Shown: positions 18,105-28,812 of the stretch, piece after piece | Numbering within the stretch: position 1 is the first letter of the stretch | How the letters are laid out: each line of letters starts with the position of its first letter | Virus record (IMG/VR): IMGVR_UViG_2687453414_000003 | Direction: 5' to 3' (one strand) | Length of the DNA: 64,000 nt | Source of the DNA: an uncultured virus (IMG/VR IMGVR_UViG_2687453414_000003) | Lineage: Duplodnaviria; Heunggongvirae; Uroviricota; Caudoviricetes | The notes under the pieces: generated by a model | Databases searched by the model: none | Seen by the model: only the letters and a program-made list of their open reading frames with translations | Told to the model about the DNA's origin: nothing | Program-made: the position numbers and the translations under genes

Positions 18105-18436
18105 GTGAAGTAGTGACGGATCAGTTGGAGTTCCCCAAGCTCCCGAGATTTCACAAGTGGAGCGTGCGATACACCCCGACGCTAAATACGCCTCGGTTGC
18201 ACGTAAAGATCAAGTTTATAGGTCTTTTCGTGTGCGAGGAGTACTCCTCATGGTTTGACGGTGAAGCGACGCCGGAACGGTTACGCCTTAAGGCCGTTCG
18301 TATTGCCAAGCTAGTACATGCCAATTTTGAGCGAGACCGTCGGCGCGACCGCAGTTTGGGCGCTCTGCGCGCTGCCGCTGCCGAGGTTGAGCGGGATCTA
18401 AACAGTGGTGATCCACGGAAAGTTGCTGATAAGTGA
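18101..18436 (+). CDS. Hypothetical protein
   Basis: GTGA-coupled ORF. Confidence 0.55.
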   Translation: MSEVVTDQLEFPKLPRFHKWSVRYTPTLNTPRLHVKIKFIGLFVCEEYSSWFDGEATPERLRLKAVRIAKLVHANFERDRRRDRSLGALRAAAAEVERDLNSGDPRKVADK

Positions 18437-19383
18437 CATTGAAACTAACCGCTATGCGCGGGTACCCCGGCTCCGGAAAGTCCACCAAGGCTAAAGAGAT
18501 TGCCGCTGCAACCGGCGCTGTCCGGGTCTGTCGCGATGACCTACGGAAGATGCTGCACGACAACCACTACACCGGCAAGACGGAGTGTGAAGAGCAGGTG
18601 ACGACGGCTGAGCGTGCGCAAGTTCACGCGCTACTGAAGGCCGGCACGTCAGTGGTGGTAGATGCTACGCATTTGGAGCCGCGTTGGTTGCGTAAGTGGC
18701 AGAAGATGGCCGCGCAGTACGGAGCCGAGTTCGAGGTAATCGACGTTGACACCGGCCAGCTCAAGTGTGCCGCTAACGACCTGTTGCGTAAGGCTCAGGG
18801 TGGGCGTCATGTGGGCTCCGATGTGATTGAGCGGATGGCTAAGCGGTACCCGATTAAGAACTGGCCCAAGGTTACTCAACTTGAGACGTTCAAGCCTGAG
18901 CCGGTCGAATGGATCGAGGGCCTGCCGGAAGCAATCATTGTGGATATTGACGGAACAGTCGCCCACATGACGGGAAGATCACCGTACGACTACACGCAGG
19001 TTCACACCGACGTGGTTGACGAACCTGTGCGCTGGTTGGTCAATCTGATCTACGAGGAACGGTTCGCATGCGAGCTTGGGCCTGATCCCTATTACCCACG
19101 GATTCTGTTCGTGTCAGGCCGGGATGATGAGTGTCGCGATGAAACTGCTAAGTGGCTGGACAACAACGGTATTCCGTTCGACGAGCTGCACATGCGGCCC
19201 ACCGGAGCTAAGGACGCCAACGGAAACAAGCTGCCCGACTACCGGGTGAAGTACGACCTGTTCAACCAGCATATTCGCGGCAAGTACAACGTTCGGTTTG
19301 TGCTGGATGATCGCGACCAGGTTGTGAATCTCTGGCGGGCATTGGGTTTGAAGTGCTTGCAGGTCCAGCCGGGGGACTTCTGA
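18433..19383 (+). CDS. pnk: Polynucleotide 5'-kinase/3'-phosphatase (T4 PseT-like)
   Basis: GYPGSGKST P-loop, RDDLR, DIDGT HAD motif, SGR, DDR. Confidence 0.95.
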   Translation: MTLKLTAMRGYPGSGKSTKAKEIAAATGAVRVCRDDLRKMLHDNHYTGKTECEEQVTTAERAQVHALLKAGTSVVVDATHLEPRWLRKWQKMAAQYGAEFEVIDVDTGQLKCAANDLLRKAQGGRHVGSDVIERMAKRYPIKNWPKVTQLETFKPEPVEWIEGLPEAIIVDIDGTVAHMTGRSPYDYTQVHTDVVDEPVRWLVNLIYEERFACELGPDPYYPRILFVSGRDDECRDETAKWLDNNGIPFDELHMRPTGAKDANGNKLPDYRVKYDLFNQHIRGKYNVRFVLDDRDQVVNLWRALGLKCLQVQPGDF

Positions 19384-19384
19384 C

Positions 19385-19675
19385 ATGGAAGACATGGAAA
19401 CTGTCGATGCACCAAAGGGATACAGCTGGACACTCAGCCCTGTTGGATGGGGTACGGGGGCCAACTTCTATCAACTCAAGTTGAAGAGATGGGGCTTACT
19501 CACAGTTGCAACCGAGTCCTTCTTTAGCGACGGCCTGCGTGGTCCAGCAACAGAGGACGAGTTCCGGCGGCAGACCGCTAACGCGGCTCGAAAGATACTG
19601 AGAGGTATGGAAACTAAGCGCAGCTGGGCTCGCAACATAGAGCGGGCCTTAAATGCGGGTAAGGAAAGGGGGTGA
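19385..19675 (+). CDS. Hypothetical protein
   Basis: ORF in operon. Confidence 0.5.
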   Translation: MEDMETVDAPKGYSWTLSPVGWGTGANFYQLKLKRWGLLTVATESFFSDGLRGPATEDEFRRQTANAARKILRGMETKRSWARNIERALNAGKERG

Positions 19676-19863
19676 CCAGGTGGCGATAAGCATCACAGGT
19701 GACGGAATGGCCATTGCGCTGGACGGCGACGCCGGTATCACCTACGACCGAAAGGCAAAGACCTTGACCGTTCATGGTCTCGGGCCGTCTGACCGGGTGA
19801 TCACCCGAACGGATAGCCGGGACCAGTCGCAGACAGTGATCGTCCAGCTCGGGGCGTCGAATC

Positions 19864-20214
19864 ATGGCTAGCTCGCTTGAAAAGGCGCTGTTGGCTGGCA
19901 TTGAGAAGCAGTGCGACGTTGAGGCGGCGAGCGACGGATCATATTCGGTCATTGGCCCCCTGCATCTAGGGGAACTTACCGGATATCTGATGGGCAACGG
20001 AGGCAGTGTGGAGCTGCGCGCTAAGGGGCGCGGCTCCACGGGGCTTACGGAGGTCAGGACGGTGCATTCGCGCGCCGTCACGGCGCTGAGGCATGTGCGC
20101 CGGAGGACTTCATGGGACGGTGAAACCCCATGGGAAGACAACGATTTGCGCGACGAAATGCAGTCAGATCTTGAGCAGGTCGTGTCCATCCTGGATAAGT
20201 GGCGACGCAAGTAA
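19864..20214 (+). CDS. Hypothetical protein
   Basis: ORF in operon. Confidence 0.5.
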   Translation: MASSLEKALLAGIEKQCDVEAASDGSYSVIGPLHLGELTGYLMGNGGSVELRAKGRGSTGLTEVRTVHSRAVTALRHVRRRTSWDGETPWEDNDLRDEMQSDLEQVVSILDKWRRK

Positions 20215-20233
20215 GTAAGTAAATCGGGGGAAC

Positions 20234-20605
20234 TTGGAGCACCTAATAACGGTGCCCATGACACGGCCACCCATGCTGTCAAACGACCAGCGCAGGTGGA
20301 CGTGGCCGCAAGTCCGGAAAGCCAAGCAACAGGTCGGGGAGGCCGTTGCCTGGCTTACCCGGCAAGCCGGGATAAAGAATCTAGGCCCGTCACAAGTCGC
20401 AATCACCTGGTTTGTTCCAGACAGGCGACGGCGTGACGTTGACTCACTCGGACCATTCGCAAAAGCCGCACTAGACGGCATGGTCGAGTCTGGGGTTTGG
20501 CCGGGCGACGATTCGAAATGGGTAACCAAATTAAGTCTATCTATTGATCAAACGCAACCAAAGAATTCGCGTATCGAAATTAAGGTGAGTGAGAATGTTG
20601 AATGA
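20234..20605 (+). CDS. RusA-like Holliday junction resolvase
   Basis: RRRDVDS...KAALDG...GDD. Confidence 0.85.
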   Translation: MEHLITVPMTRPPMLSNDQRRWTWPQVRKAKQQVGEAVAWLTRQAGIKNLGPSQVAITWFVPDRRRRDVDSLGPFAKAALDGMVESGVWPGDDSKWVTKLSLSIDQTQPKNSRIEIKVSENVE

Positions 20606-20611
20606 GGCCGC

Positions 20612-21112
20612 GTGAGGGCAGGCCCGCTTAGAAGCGACCTTGGAACGCTAAACGGAAACAACGAGCCAGTTCTATCCGGAATCAATATCAACCAGCGCAA
20701 GCACACCCCAACATTCGGGATAGAGGACATCCCTCATCTACCGGGAGCGGCCTGCAAGGGCGTTGACGATGACGGCGCGTTCTTTCCTAAGACGCGGGGA
20801 ACCGACGCTACCGAAGCTGCCAAGGCGATCTGCCAGGAATGTCCGGTAGTTACGGAGTGTCTTGACTATGCCCTTGCTTGGGAAAACCGCACGGGGGAAA
20901 AGGTTTACGGCGTTTGGGGTGGCCTAGACGAATGGGATCGTACCGAACTACGTGACAAGTCGGCGGCGCGGTTGTGTCGCAAGCGGCTACACGAGGTAAG
21001 CGGAGATAACGCCGAAGCTGTCCCGCATGCACCTGGCACATTCCGTTGCCGCGCATGCAGATTGGCAGCCAAGAGCGCCTATCGGGCGCGCAAGAAGGTG
21101 CAGGATGGATAG
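20612..21112 (+). CDS. whiB: WhiB-family transcription factor with C-terminal Zn-finger
   Basis: AAC..FFP..AKAICQECPV..CL...GVWGG; CRKRLH...CRAC. Confidence 0.9.
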   Translation: MRAGPLRSDLGTLNGNNEPVLSGININQRKHTPTFGIEDIPHLPGAACKGVDDDGAFFPKTRGTDATEAAKAICQECPVVTECLDYALAWENRTGEKVYGVWGGLDEWDRTELRDKSAARLCRKRLHEVSGDNAEAVPHAPGTFRCRACRLAAKSAYRARKKVQDG

Positions 21113-21668
21113 CCATTGCCAGTCCGGGAAGTACTGCGTAGCCCGTACCTCGACGGGTCCAGCGGTGGTCGTGCGGCCTGGGCTGTGCCCCCGCTGCATT
21201 GACGACATTGAGAAATGCTGGTCTGAGCTGCCGGAGTATCGCCGCGCATTGGAGTCTTTTAAGGCTAAGGGCTCAAGCGCTGGTGGTGAGCGGGTAGGCG
21301 GGAGTTCGGAACCGTCGTCACCGCTGAACGTGCGTGTCCTGGACTTAATTAACGCTATCGATGGCGCGCTGTCGGTTCTGTCTATTCGGCCAGAGGCGCG
21401 TATTCGGGACATCGTTACTTGGAATGGGTCTATTGACGGTGTGTCGTTTGCGTTGCGTGTTCGTGGGTTGCATTCGCAGGCTGACGGGATTGTGGGGTTG
21501 GGCAAGGTTTGGGAGCGGCGTCGGGCTCCTTGTCCTGAGTGTGATTTGCCGACGTTGGGTGCGTGGGTCGGTTCGGGTGTCGTTATGTGCACGAATGCGG
21601 ATTGCGCAACCACTTTGACACAGGATGACTACGAGGCGTATTGCCTTATTAAGGCTAAGGAAAAATGA
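21105..21668 (+). CDS. Cys-rich hypothetical protein
   Basis: Several CxxC motifs. Confidence 0.6.
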   Translation: MDSHCQSGKYCVARTSTGPAVVVRPGLCPRCIDDIEKCWSELPEYRRALESFKAKGSSAGGERVGGSSEPSSPLNVRVLDLINAIDGALSVLSIRPEARIRDIVTWNGSIDGVSFALRVRGLHSQADGIVGLGKVWERRRAPCPECDLPTLGAWVGSGVVMCTNADCATTLTQDDYEAYCLIKAKEK

Positions 21669-22510
21669 GTGAATTAAGTATTGCCGGGGATGCTGCTCCG
21701 TTTGATCTGATCAAGATGGTTGATGAGGCGGGCCGCGAATATTGGTCTGCCCGCGACCTGATGCCGTACCTCGGGTACGGGCGCTGGGAGCGGTTCTCAG
21801 AAGCAATCGAGCGTGCCAAAGTGGCTGCACGTAACTCCGGCGCAGTCTCTACCAGCCACTTTCGCGGCGCTGCGAAAGTGGTGCCCCGTCCACAAGGCGG
21901 AGGAATCAACCGAGAGGACGTTCACCTTACGCGCTACGCTGCGTACCTCGTGGCGATGAACGGCGACCCGCGTAAGCCGGAGATTGCCGCAGCTCAGACC
22001 TACTTTGCGGCAAAGACGCGTGAGGCCGAGTTAGTGCAGGCACAGATCCCGCAGAGTTATGCGGAAGCCCTGCGTCTGGCAGCAGAGCAGGTTGATCGGG
22101 CCGAAGTCGCGGAGGCTAAGGCTTTAGAACTCGAAGCTAAGGCCGTAATCGACGCACCTAAGGTCGCGGCATGGGATCAATTTGCAAATGCTGATGGCGC
22201 GTACTCAATAGGTACGGTCGCGAAGATCCTTGGAAACATAGGCCAAAACACCCTATTCAAGTTGTTGAGACAGAATGATGTGCTCATTGAAGGCGGCGAT
22301 AGGCACAATACGCCGTACCAGCGATATGCGCATCACTTCAAAGTGAGAACTAGGACGCGAAACATCGGCGGTAAAAATCGGTCTTCATATAAGACGCTCG
22401 TGCTGCCGTCTGGCTTGCCTTTTGTTGCGCGCAAGGCCGCAATACCGCTACCGGACGCTTCAACAATAAACGAAATCCTTGCTACAGAAAGGGAGGTAAT
22501 TCATGCCTGA
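21665..22510 (+). CDS. Antirepressor (Bro-N/DinD-like N-terminus + ANT/KilAC C-terminus)
   Basis: WSARDLM..LGY..W, MNGDPRKPEIAAAQTYFA, PQSYAEAL, PKV...AKIL..IGQN.LF. Confidence 0.88.
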   Translation: MSELSIAGDAAPFDLIKMVDEAGREYWSARDLMPYLGYGRWERFSEAIERAKVAARNSGAVSTSHFRGAAKVVPRPQGGGINREDVHLTRYAAYLVAMNGDPRKPEIAAAQTYFAAKTREAELVQAQIPQSYAEALRLAAEQVDRAEVAEAKALELEAKAVIDAPKVAAWDQFANADGAYSIGTVAKILGNIGQNTLFKLLRQNDVLIEGGDRHNTPYQRYAHHFKVRTRTRNIGGKNRSSYKTLVLPSGLPFVARKAAIPLPDASTINEILATEREVIHA

Positions 22511-22904
22511 TACATACACTTTCATTGTCGGAAACCTGACCGCTGACCCGGAGCTACGCGAGCTGCCCTCCGGCGTCCACGTCGCCAACTTCACGGTCGC
22601 GTCAACTCCTCGGCGGTACGACAAGCAGTCCGGCGAGTGGGTGGATGAAGACACCGTGTTCCTGCGGGTCAACGCCTGGCGGGCATATGCGGAGGGCGCG
22701 GCCGAGCAGCTGCGTAAGGGCGACACAGTGGGGGTCTGGGGCAAGCTCAAGCAGAAGCCTTACGAGACCCGCGACGGCGAGAAGCGCAGTTCTTACGAGA
22801 TTGAAGCTGAGTTTGTTGGTCCTGCGGCTTTGGCTCGTCGGAAGCGTGAGGATGACGACCCGTGGGGCAGCGCTAAGCCTGCAAAGGATGAGGCGCCATT
22901 CTAA
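22503..22904 (+). CDS. ssb: Single-stranded DNA-binding protein
   Basis: GNLTADPELR..., acidic DEAPF tail. Confidence 0.95.
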   Translation: MPDTYTFIVGNLTADPELRELPSGVHVANFTVASTPRRYDKQSGEWVDEDTVFLRVNAWRAYAEGAAEQLRKGDTVGVWGKLKQKPYETRDGEKRSSYEIEAEFVGPAALARRKREDDDPWGSAKPAKDEAPF

Positions 22905-22909
22905 ACGGT

Positions 22910-23332
22910 GTTCCGCTTAAGAAACGCATTCTAGTAACGGGTTCGCGGAACTGGACGGATAGGACGAGGTTATTTCTCGCCTTATCCGTCCAGACTGCGT
23001 TGTGTGACGAAATTGTCATAGTTCATGGGGACGCTTCCGGCGCTGATGCGCTGGCTGACAGTTTCGCGGTGAATCATCCGAGAACTAGAGCGGAACGCCA
23101 CCCGGCCGACTGGGGACGGCCATGCGATGAGAGGTGCTATCACAAGTCGCGCTACCGCGCGGATGGGACCGAGTATTGCCCGATGGCTGGCCACTACCGC
23201 AATCAGGAAATGGTCGATTTGGGCGCGGACATTTGTTTAGCGTTCCCGCTCGGTAAGTCGAATGGGACACGCGATTGTATGCGCCGTGCCGCAAAGGCCG
23301 GTATTCCAGTCTCGAATTTTGGGGATAGGTAA
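22910..23332 (+). CDS. DUF2493/SLOG (YspA-like) protein; start uncertain
   Basis: In-frame RILVTGSRNW, VHGDASGADALA, PADW, AG..RN.EM, GT.DC. Confidence 0.75.
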   Translation, partial: VPLKKRILVTGSRNWTDRTRLFLALSVQTALCDEIVIVHGDASGADALADSFAVNHPRTRAERHPADWGRPCDERCYHKSRYRADGTEYCPMAGHYRNQEMVDLGADICLAFPLGKSNGTRDCMRRAAKAGIPVSNFGDR

Positions 23333-23668
23333 TTCACCTATGGTGGTCTACAACAATAAGCAGGGTACCGGCCTTTTTGTCGTTGTCAAGTATGTAGACG
23401 GCGAACTGGACACCGGTAGCTACACCGGTAGTTATGCACGCAAGCCTCCGGCCCGGACTTACAACACACGAGGCCAGGCTAAAACTCAGTGGCAACGCTT
23501 TATCAAAGACGGTTACGGGGCACGCGCGGCAGAACTGAGAATCAACCCGGACGGCTCTATTCAGGCTGTGTGGATTGATGGCGAATGGACGCCAACACCG
23601 GATCTATGTAAATACAGCCGCTACGGCAATACATGCAAGTTACTTAAGGGACATGAAGGAATACACCA

Positions 23669-24949
23669 ATGAAGTTTGAACAACCTAAGAATGTGAATTA
23701 TGCGGCAACCATCGTCCGGGTACCAGAGCCTCTTAGGGTTCTGGGCCTGGACAACCTGGTGGCAATCCCAATGTTCGGGTACCAGGTGCTCACGCAAAGG
23801 GAGGGCATCAAGGCCGGAGACCTGCGCGTATTGTTCGTCGCGGAAACCCAGCTGTCCGAAGAGTACGCCCGCCTAAACAACCTGCACAGGGAGGCGACGC
23901 TTAACGATGATGCCGGCGAGACCGGCTACTTGGAGGCTAACCGCCGCGTTAGGGCAATCCGGCTGCGTAAGAACAACTCTAGTGCGCTGCTCATGCCGCT
24001 TGAGTCGCTGGCCTACACGGGCATTGACGTTTCTCAGCTTGAGGTGGGGGACACGTTCGACACGCTGAACGGTCATGAGATTTGCCGTAAGTATGAGGTT
24101 CCGGGCAAGCGGGCACAGTCCGCGTCGGGGCAGCCGAAGATCCGTCAGCGGGTCGATCAGAAGCTATTCCCCATGCATTTGGATACCGAGCATCTGTTTA
24201 GGAACTGGCATGTGTTCCGGGAGCCTAAACGGGTTGTGGTGACTCAGAAGTTGCACGGCACGAGCATCCGTATTGGCCGGGTTCCTGCCGCCCGCGATAA
24301 GGGTTGGATTGAGCGGGTTGTGGTTAACAAGTGGCTGCGAATCGCTACCTCGGATACTGCGTATGAGGATGTGGCGGGCTCCCGGAGGGTGATTAAGGGC
24401 CGGTCTGAGAACAATCACTACTACGACTCGGACATCTGGGCGGCCTGCGCTAAGTGGCTTGAGGGCCTGATCCCGGAGAACTTCATCGTGTATGGCGAGC
24501 TGATCGGCTGGGAGAGTGAAGAGAAGCCGATCCAGAAGGGCTACACCTACAACTTGCGTCCTGGTGACTGCGCTCTATACGTGTACCGGGTAGCTACGGT
24601 GAATGGGCAGGGCGTTATCGCTGACCTGTCTTGGGAGGGCGTTGAGCAGTTCTGCGCGGCGATCGGTGTTAAAACGGTTCCGGTCATCCATAAGTTCAAC
24701 GAGTACGTTTCGGCCGAGGACGAGCCGAGGATTACTGAGGCTTACGTAGACGCTTATCTTGATAAGAATCTGGCGGATAAGTTCAGCGGCGCGCTACCAC
24801 TTTCCAATCCGCTTTCGGTGGATGAGGGCATTTGTGTACGCGTGGAGGGCCAGGTGCCGCGCATCTTTAAGGCTAAGTCTCCAATCTTCTTTGAGCATGA
24901 AACCAAGATGCTCGACAAGGGCGAAGAGGACTTGGAGGCTGCCGCATAG
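23669..24949 (+). CDS. RNA ligase (Rnl2/DRB0094-like, N-terminal OB fold)
   Basis: KLHGTS (motif I), YGELIG, EGICVR, FKAKS. Confidence 0.88.
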   Translation: MKFEQPKNVNYAATIVRVPEPLRVLGLDNLVAIPMFGYQVLTQREGIKAGDLRVLFVAETQLSEEYARLNNLHREATLNDDAGETGYLEANRRVRAIRLRKNNSSALLMPLESLAYTGIDVSQLEVGDTFDTLNGHEICRKYEVPGKRAQSASGQPKIRQRVDQKLFPMHLDTEHLFRNWHVFREPKRVVVTQKLHGTSIRIGRVPAARDKGWIERVVVNKWLRIATSDTAYEDVAGSRRVIKGRSENNHYYDSDIWAACAKWLEGLIPENFIVYGELIGWESEEKPIQKGYTYNLRPGDCALYVYRVATVNGQGVIADLSWEGVEQFCAAIGVKTVPVIHKFNEYVSAEDEPRITEAYVDAYLDKNLADKFSGALPLSNPLSVDEGICVRVEGQVPRIFKAKSPIFFEHETKMLDKGEEDLEAAA

Positions 24950-25281
24950 TGGCTGGCCTCTGGCCGTGGCCTAAAGACACCCGCGTAGCGAGGCTCGTGC
25001 GCATCATCGACACCTACCGGGAAACCCTGGCACTTGTCGATGCTGCGGCGTGCGAGTCAGTAGATGACCGTATGCGCGCATGGGGGCAAGGTTGGGTCTG
25101 CAATAACGAGATTGTTGATGTCAATGAATGGGCGTCGGCTAAATCCATTGCAGACCGCCACCCGGTCACCGTGTGGGATATCTATAACTGGGAGCGCGAC
25201 GGCCTGTATTCAGGTAAGAAAGTCGGGGCGCGAAAACGCTACAAAGTGGGGGATATTCTGGCGGCGATGGCAACTCGGTAA
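24949..25281 (+). CDS. HTH DNA-binding protein
   Basis: PWPKDT N-terminus; MerR-like C-terminus IYNW.RDG. Confidence 0.6.
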   Translation: MAGLWPWPKDTRVARLVRIIDTYRETLALVDAAACESVDDRMRAWGQGWVCNNEIVDVNEWASAKSIADRHPVTVWDIYNWERDGLYSGKKVGARKRYKVGDILAAMATR

Positions 25282-25332
25282 AGGGAACCTGGTTTGTTGC
25301 TACAATAATTCTGTTGGGAGAAGTGTATCTAA

Positions 25333-25737
25333 TTGTGGGCTGAAATTGTTGGTGAGACTGGCTATAAGGTCAGCGACCAAGCGGAAGTAATAAGTCAGCG
25401 AAAAACTCTTTCTCAATGGACGGATGAGCGGGGCCGGAGACGCGTAAAGATCAAAGGGCGTCCGCGTGATGTTCACCTTTTGGTGTTGAACGCGTTTGTT
25501 GGCCCCCGTCCTGAAGGTGCTACACCTAAGTGGAAAAACGGTGACGTCTCCGATAACCGTGCCGAGAATCTGTGCTGGCATGTCGAGTCGGATGATGAGC
25601 CTGCGCGGTATGACACGTGCCGTAGGAACCACGAGTACACGCCGGAGAACACCGAGGTGTGGGGGTCAGGTAACCGAATTTGCAGGGCTTGTCGCGCGGG
25701 AATAGACCCGGTGGTTGAGCTGCCGGAGGTTCTGTGA
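25333..25737 (+). CDS. NUMOD4/HNH-like endonuclease, possibly degenerate
   Basis: YKVSD, VHLLV..AFVGPRP, NGD.SDNR.ENL.W. Confidence 0.75.
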   Translation: MWAEIVGETGYKVSDQAEVISQRKTLSQWTDERGRRRVKIKGRPRDVHLLVLNAFVGPRPEGATPKWKNGDVSDNRAENLCWHVESDDEPARYDTCRRNHEYTPENTEVWGSGNRICRACRAGIDPVVELPEVL

Positions 25738-26295
25738 CGAGCCAGGACAGGCTTGCCCGCAGAGTCGAATGGGCGCTGACGAGGGTTCGGTATTCGAACG
25801 GGTACGCCGACACCGCGAATCAAGTCGTCGAGGCCCTGTCAGACCTCTTTCCGGGAGACGTAGAGGCGGCGCGGAGGATTCAAGCGCTTGAGGATGAACT
25901 GCGTGAGGTTCGGCAAGACCTTGCGTGGGCACGTTTACGAAGGCCATAGAGGGTTTGGTGCGCCCGCCTGCCGGTTCTGGCTGCACCGCGTGGGCACGGC
26001 CAAGTGATGATTGGGACAGCTTGGCCGCTGCCTGCGTTTCTAAAAGGGGGTGGGGGGATGAGACCAGCGGACATCGCATGGTCGGCCTTGCTGGGCGTGA
26101 TCATCGCCTACGAGATTGCCGCTCCCGTTAACGAACTTCTAAGCGAGGGATGGGACCGCTACCTAGTGAGCCGTCCTGTAATCGCTCGTGTGGTGCCAAT
26201 CATGTTGGCTCTGCACCTAATTAATGCCTTGCCGCGTTCCGTGGACCCGATCACTCGGTTCTGCGATGTGTTGCGCAGGGTGGGGGGATTCTTGA

Positions 26296-26613
26296 ATGTC
26301 AGACGCGATCAATCCGGCGCACTATAAGGATGGCTACTCCAATGGTGCCGAGGTTATCGACATCGTGGAGAACTTGACCTATAACCGTGGCGCTGCGGTG
26401 AAATACCTTGCCCGCGCGGGTAAGAAGGCCATAGCTGATGAACTTGAGGATCTGAATAAAGCCAAGTGGTACGTCGAACGTGAGATAGACCGCGTACTTG
26501 AGACTCGCGGGCACCGTGTAATCGAGACGACCGCAACGTTGAAGCACATTGTAGATCCGCAGCGGGTGTTGGACCCTCGTGAGACGCTACAGGGGGCCAT
26601 GCGTGGCCGCTAA
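26296..26613 (+). CDS. DUF3310 (SaV-like) protein
   Basis: INPAHY, KYLARAGKK, EDLNKAKWY. Confidence 0.85.
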   Translation: MSDAINPAHYKDGYSNGAEVIDIVENLTYNRGAAVKYLARAGKKAIADELEDLNKAKWYVEREIDRVLETRGHRVIETTATLKHIVDPQRVLDPRETLQGAMRGR

Positions 26614-27388
26614 GATCCTGACCGTTGATATCGAGACGCAACGCGCCATCGTTGAAACGTTCAGCCTCTACAAGCCGTTCATCCACATCGATAGGGTTGT
26701 AAAGCCTTCTCGTATATTGTGTTTCGCCGCGCAGTGGCGCGGCTCTGACAAGGTGATCTTTCATGCGGCTTGGGATGATGCTGACGGCGATGCATACGAC
26801 CGGATGATTCGTGCGGCTTGGGAGCTGCTGAATGAGGCTGACATTGTGGTCACCTACAACGGTGATCGTTTCGACCTGCAATGGTTTAACGCCGAGTTCG
26901 AACGTCTAAAACTTGGCCCGCCAACGCCTTACAAGAGTTTCGATCTCGTGAAACTGACTAAGCAGAAGTTTAAGCAGGGCTTGTTGTCCTTGAAACTAGA
27001 TTGGTCTTCACGAATCTACTTGGGGGACCGGAAGGTTCCGCACGGTGGAACCGATTTGTGGCATGACATTCGGTACGGGACACGTGCGGAGCGTCGGGCA
27101 GCTCAGAAGATCATGCGCGAGTACTGCGAGCATGACACGGTTCTTACGGGCCGGCTTATGGAACGCTGGTTGCCCTGGTCAAAGCTGAATCTGTCTCTGT
27201 ATGAGGACAATGACGACGAGCTGCTGCATTGCGTTAAGTGTAATGGCACTGACTTGAAACGTGATGGCGTAAAGTTTTACGCGACAAGCGGTTTCCTGTA
27301 TCAGATGTACCGCTGTAAGAGCAAGAGTTGTCGGGCTACGTCGCGGGGTAAGCGTGCGCAGCGTTCTAGCGAGTTGAGGCCGGTGTGA
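26603..27388 (+). CDS. DnaQ/RNase H-like 3'-5' exonuclease
   Basis: DIET, YNGDRFD, YCEHD; C-terminal Zn ribbon. Confidence 0.88.
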   Translation: MAAKILTVDIETQRAIVETFSLYKPFIHIDRVVKPSRILCFAAQWRGSDKVIFHAAWDDADGDAYDRMIRAAWELLNEADIVVTYNGDRFDLQWFNAEFERLKLGPPTPYKSFDLVKLTKQKFKQGLLSLKLDWSSRIYLGDRKVPHGGTDLWHDIRYGTRAERRAAQKIMREYCEHDTVLTGRLMERWLPWSKLNLSLYEDNDDELLHCVKCNGTDLKRDGVKFYATSGFLYQMYRCKSKSCRATSRGKRAQRSSELRPV

Positions 27389-27732
27389 TTGATGGTGGCG
27401 TGATCGAGACTTGGACAAACCCTCATCCGTACTCGTGGAAGCGTCCTACGCGCCCATGGCTTGATGGGCGGTCGAGCCTGATTAAGGGCGCTATCCTGGC
27501 GGGCACTCATGCGGCATGTATCGAGGTCGGGGATGCCCTTGGTTTGAATCCTTCTGAATGGTTGAGTATTTCGACGCGGGAATTTAAGGCTCCGAAGGGC
27601 TGTGGTTTTGGTCGAGTGTTGGTTGATGCGGCGACTGTGGGTGATGTTTCGCGGGAGATTCGGGACGCGCTGAATATGTGTGCGCTTCCGCATCGGATGC
27701 AGTGGCATTGGCTTGATCGGGATGTGTTGTGA
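27385..27732 (+). CDS. Hypothetical protein
   Basis: Coupled ORF. Confidence 0.5.
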   Translation: MIDGGVIETWTNPHPYSWKRPTRPWLDGRSSLIKGAILAGTHAACIEVGDALGLNPSEWLSISTREFKAPKGCGFGRVLVDAATVGDVSREIRDALNMCALPHRMQWHWLDRDVL

Positions 27733-28812
27733 GCGGTCCAATTAAGAGCCGTCTGGTTGAGTTGACTTCGGCTGTGACGGGAACTCTGCTGGCTGCGGGT
27801 GTTGATCCGAACGTAGCGGGTTTCCTTGCGTACAACTCAGTTACGAGTGTTTTAGAGGGTTCTGAGCGTGAGCTTCTAGCTTGGGAGGATTACGACTATG
27901 AGCCGTAATCAGTGGGAATACATACTGACTGGCGGTGAGCGCGTGATCATTTGGGCGTCGCGCCCGATCACGGAAGAACAGGCGCGGGAGGTCCTGGTGA
28001 AGGACTGGCCCGACGCCGTGGTGGTGAGCGTGAAGCGTTGGGAGCCAAAGTCTCACTCCGTCTGGGGTGGCCGGAGCGTGTATCGCGATGCTTTTCCGGA
28101 GTGGTGGGAGCTGCTGTATGGCCGTAAGCAAACCTAAGCCGCCGCCGGAGAGGCAGATCCTTGTGACGCTGCCGGAGGACAAGATGATGCGTCTCGTAAA
28201 ACGTGCGGGTGAGGCTGGGAAGTCTGCGCACGAGTATGCGGCGTGCAAGCTTTTGGAGGCTATTAAATGACTGTGTTTCTGTCGATAGTTATTGCCGTGG
28301 CGGTGGCTCTGGCTGTTCGCGCTGCGGTGTCGTAGTGGCAACGATCTACATGTTGTATGACCCGCTTGCTACCGGTAAGGCGGTCTACAACATCGGCGGT
28401 GGTTCGTCTACGGCAGCCTATCCGCGTATCTATCTAACACTTAAGCAGGCAGAACGTATGCAGGCTAGGCATTTTCCCGAGACGATGATTCACCCGATTC
28501 ATTTGACAGGTGGCGCTTGATGAATGGCGATGAGTTGTATGAGCATTCCGACGAACTGGCTTTAGAGGCTGTTGTAGGCGAGTACCCGGAGCTGTCGGGT
28601 GCGTGCCGTTTGGCGCGCCCGCGCCCGCATGAATGCCATCGTGGCCCCTGTTGGGGTCTGTGTGGACATGAGGGCGGCTGTGAGCCGGGGTGAAAGCTAC
28701 CGCGCCCGTCTTGAGCTTCGTAGGTCCAATGCTGCTGTCCCGCACCGTAACCGGTATCGGGAACGTAAATCAGGGAAGGGCAGGCATGGGGAGGCCATAG
28801 CGGAGTGGGGGA

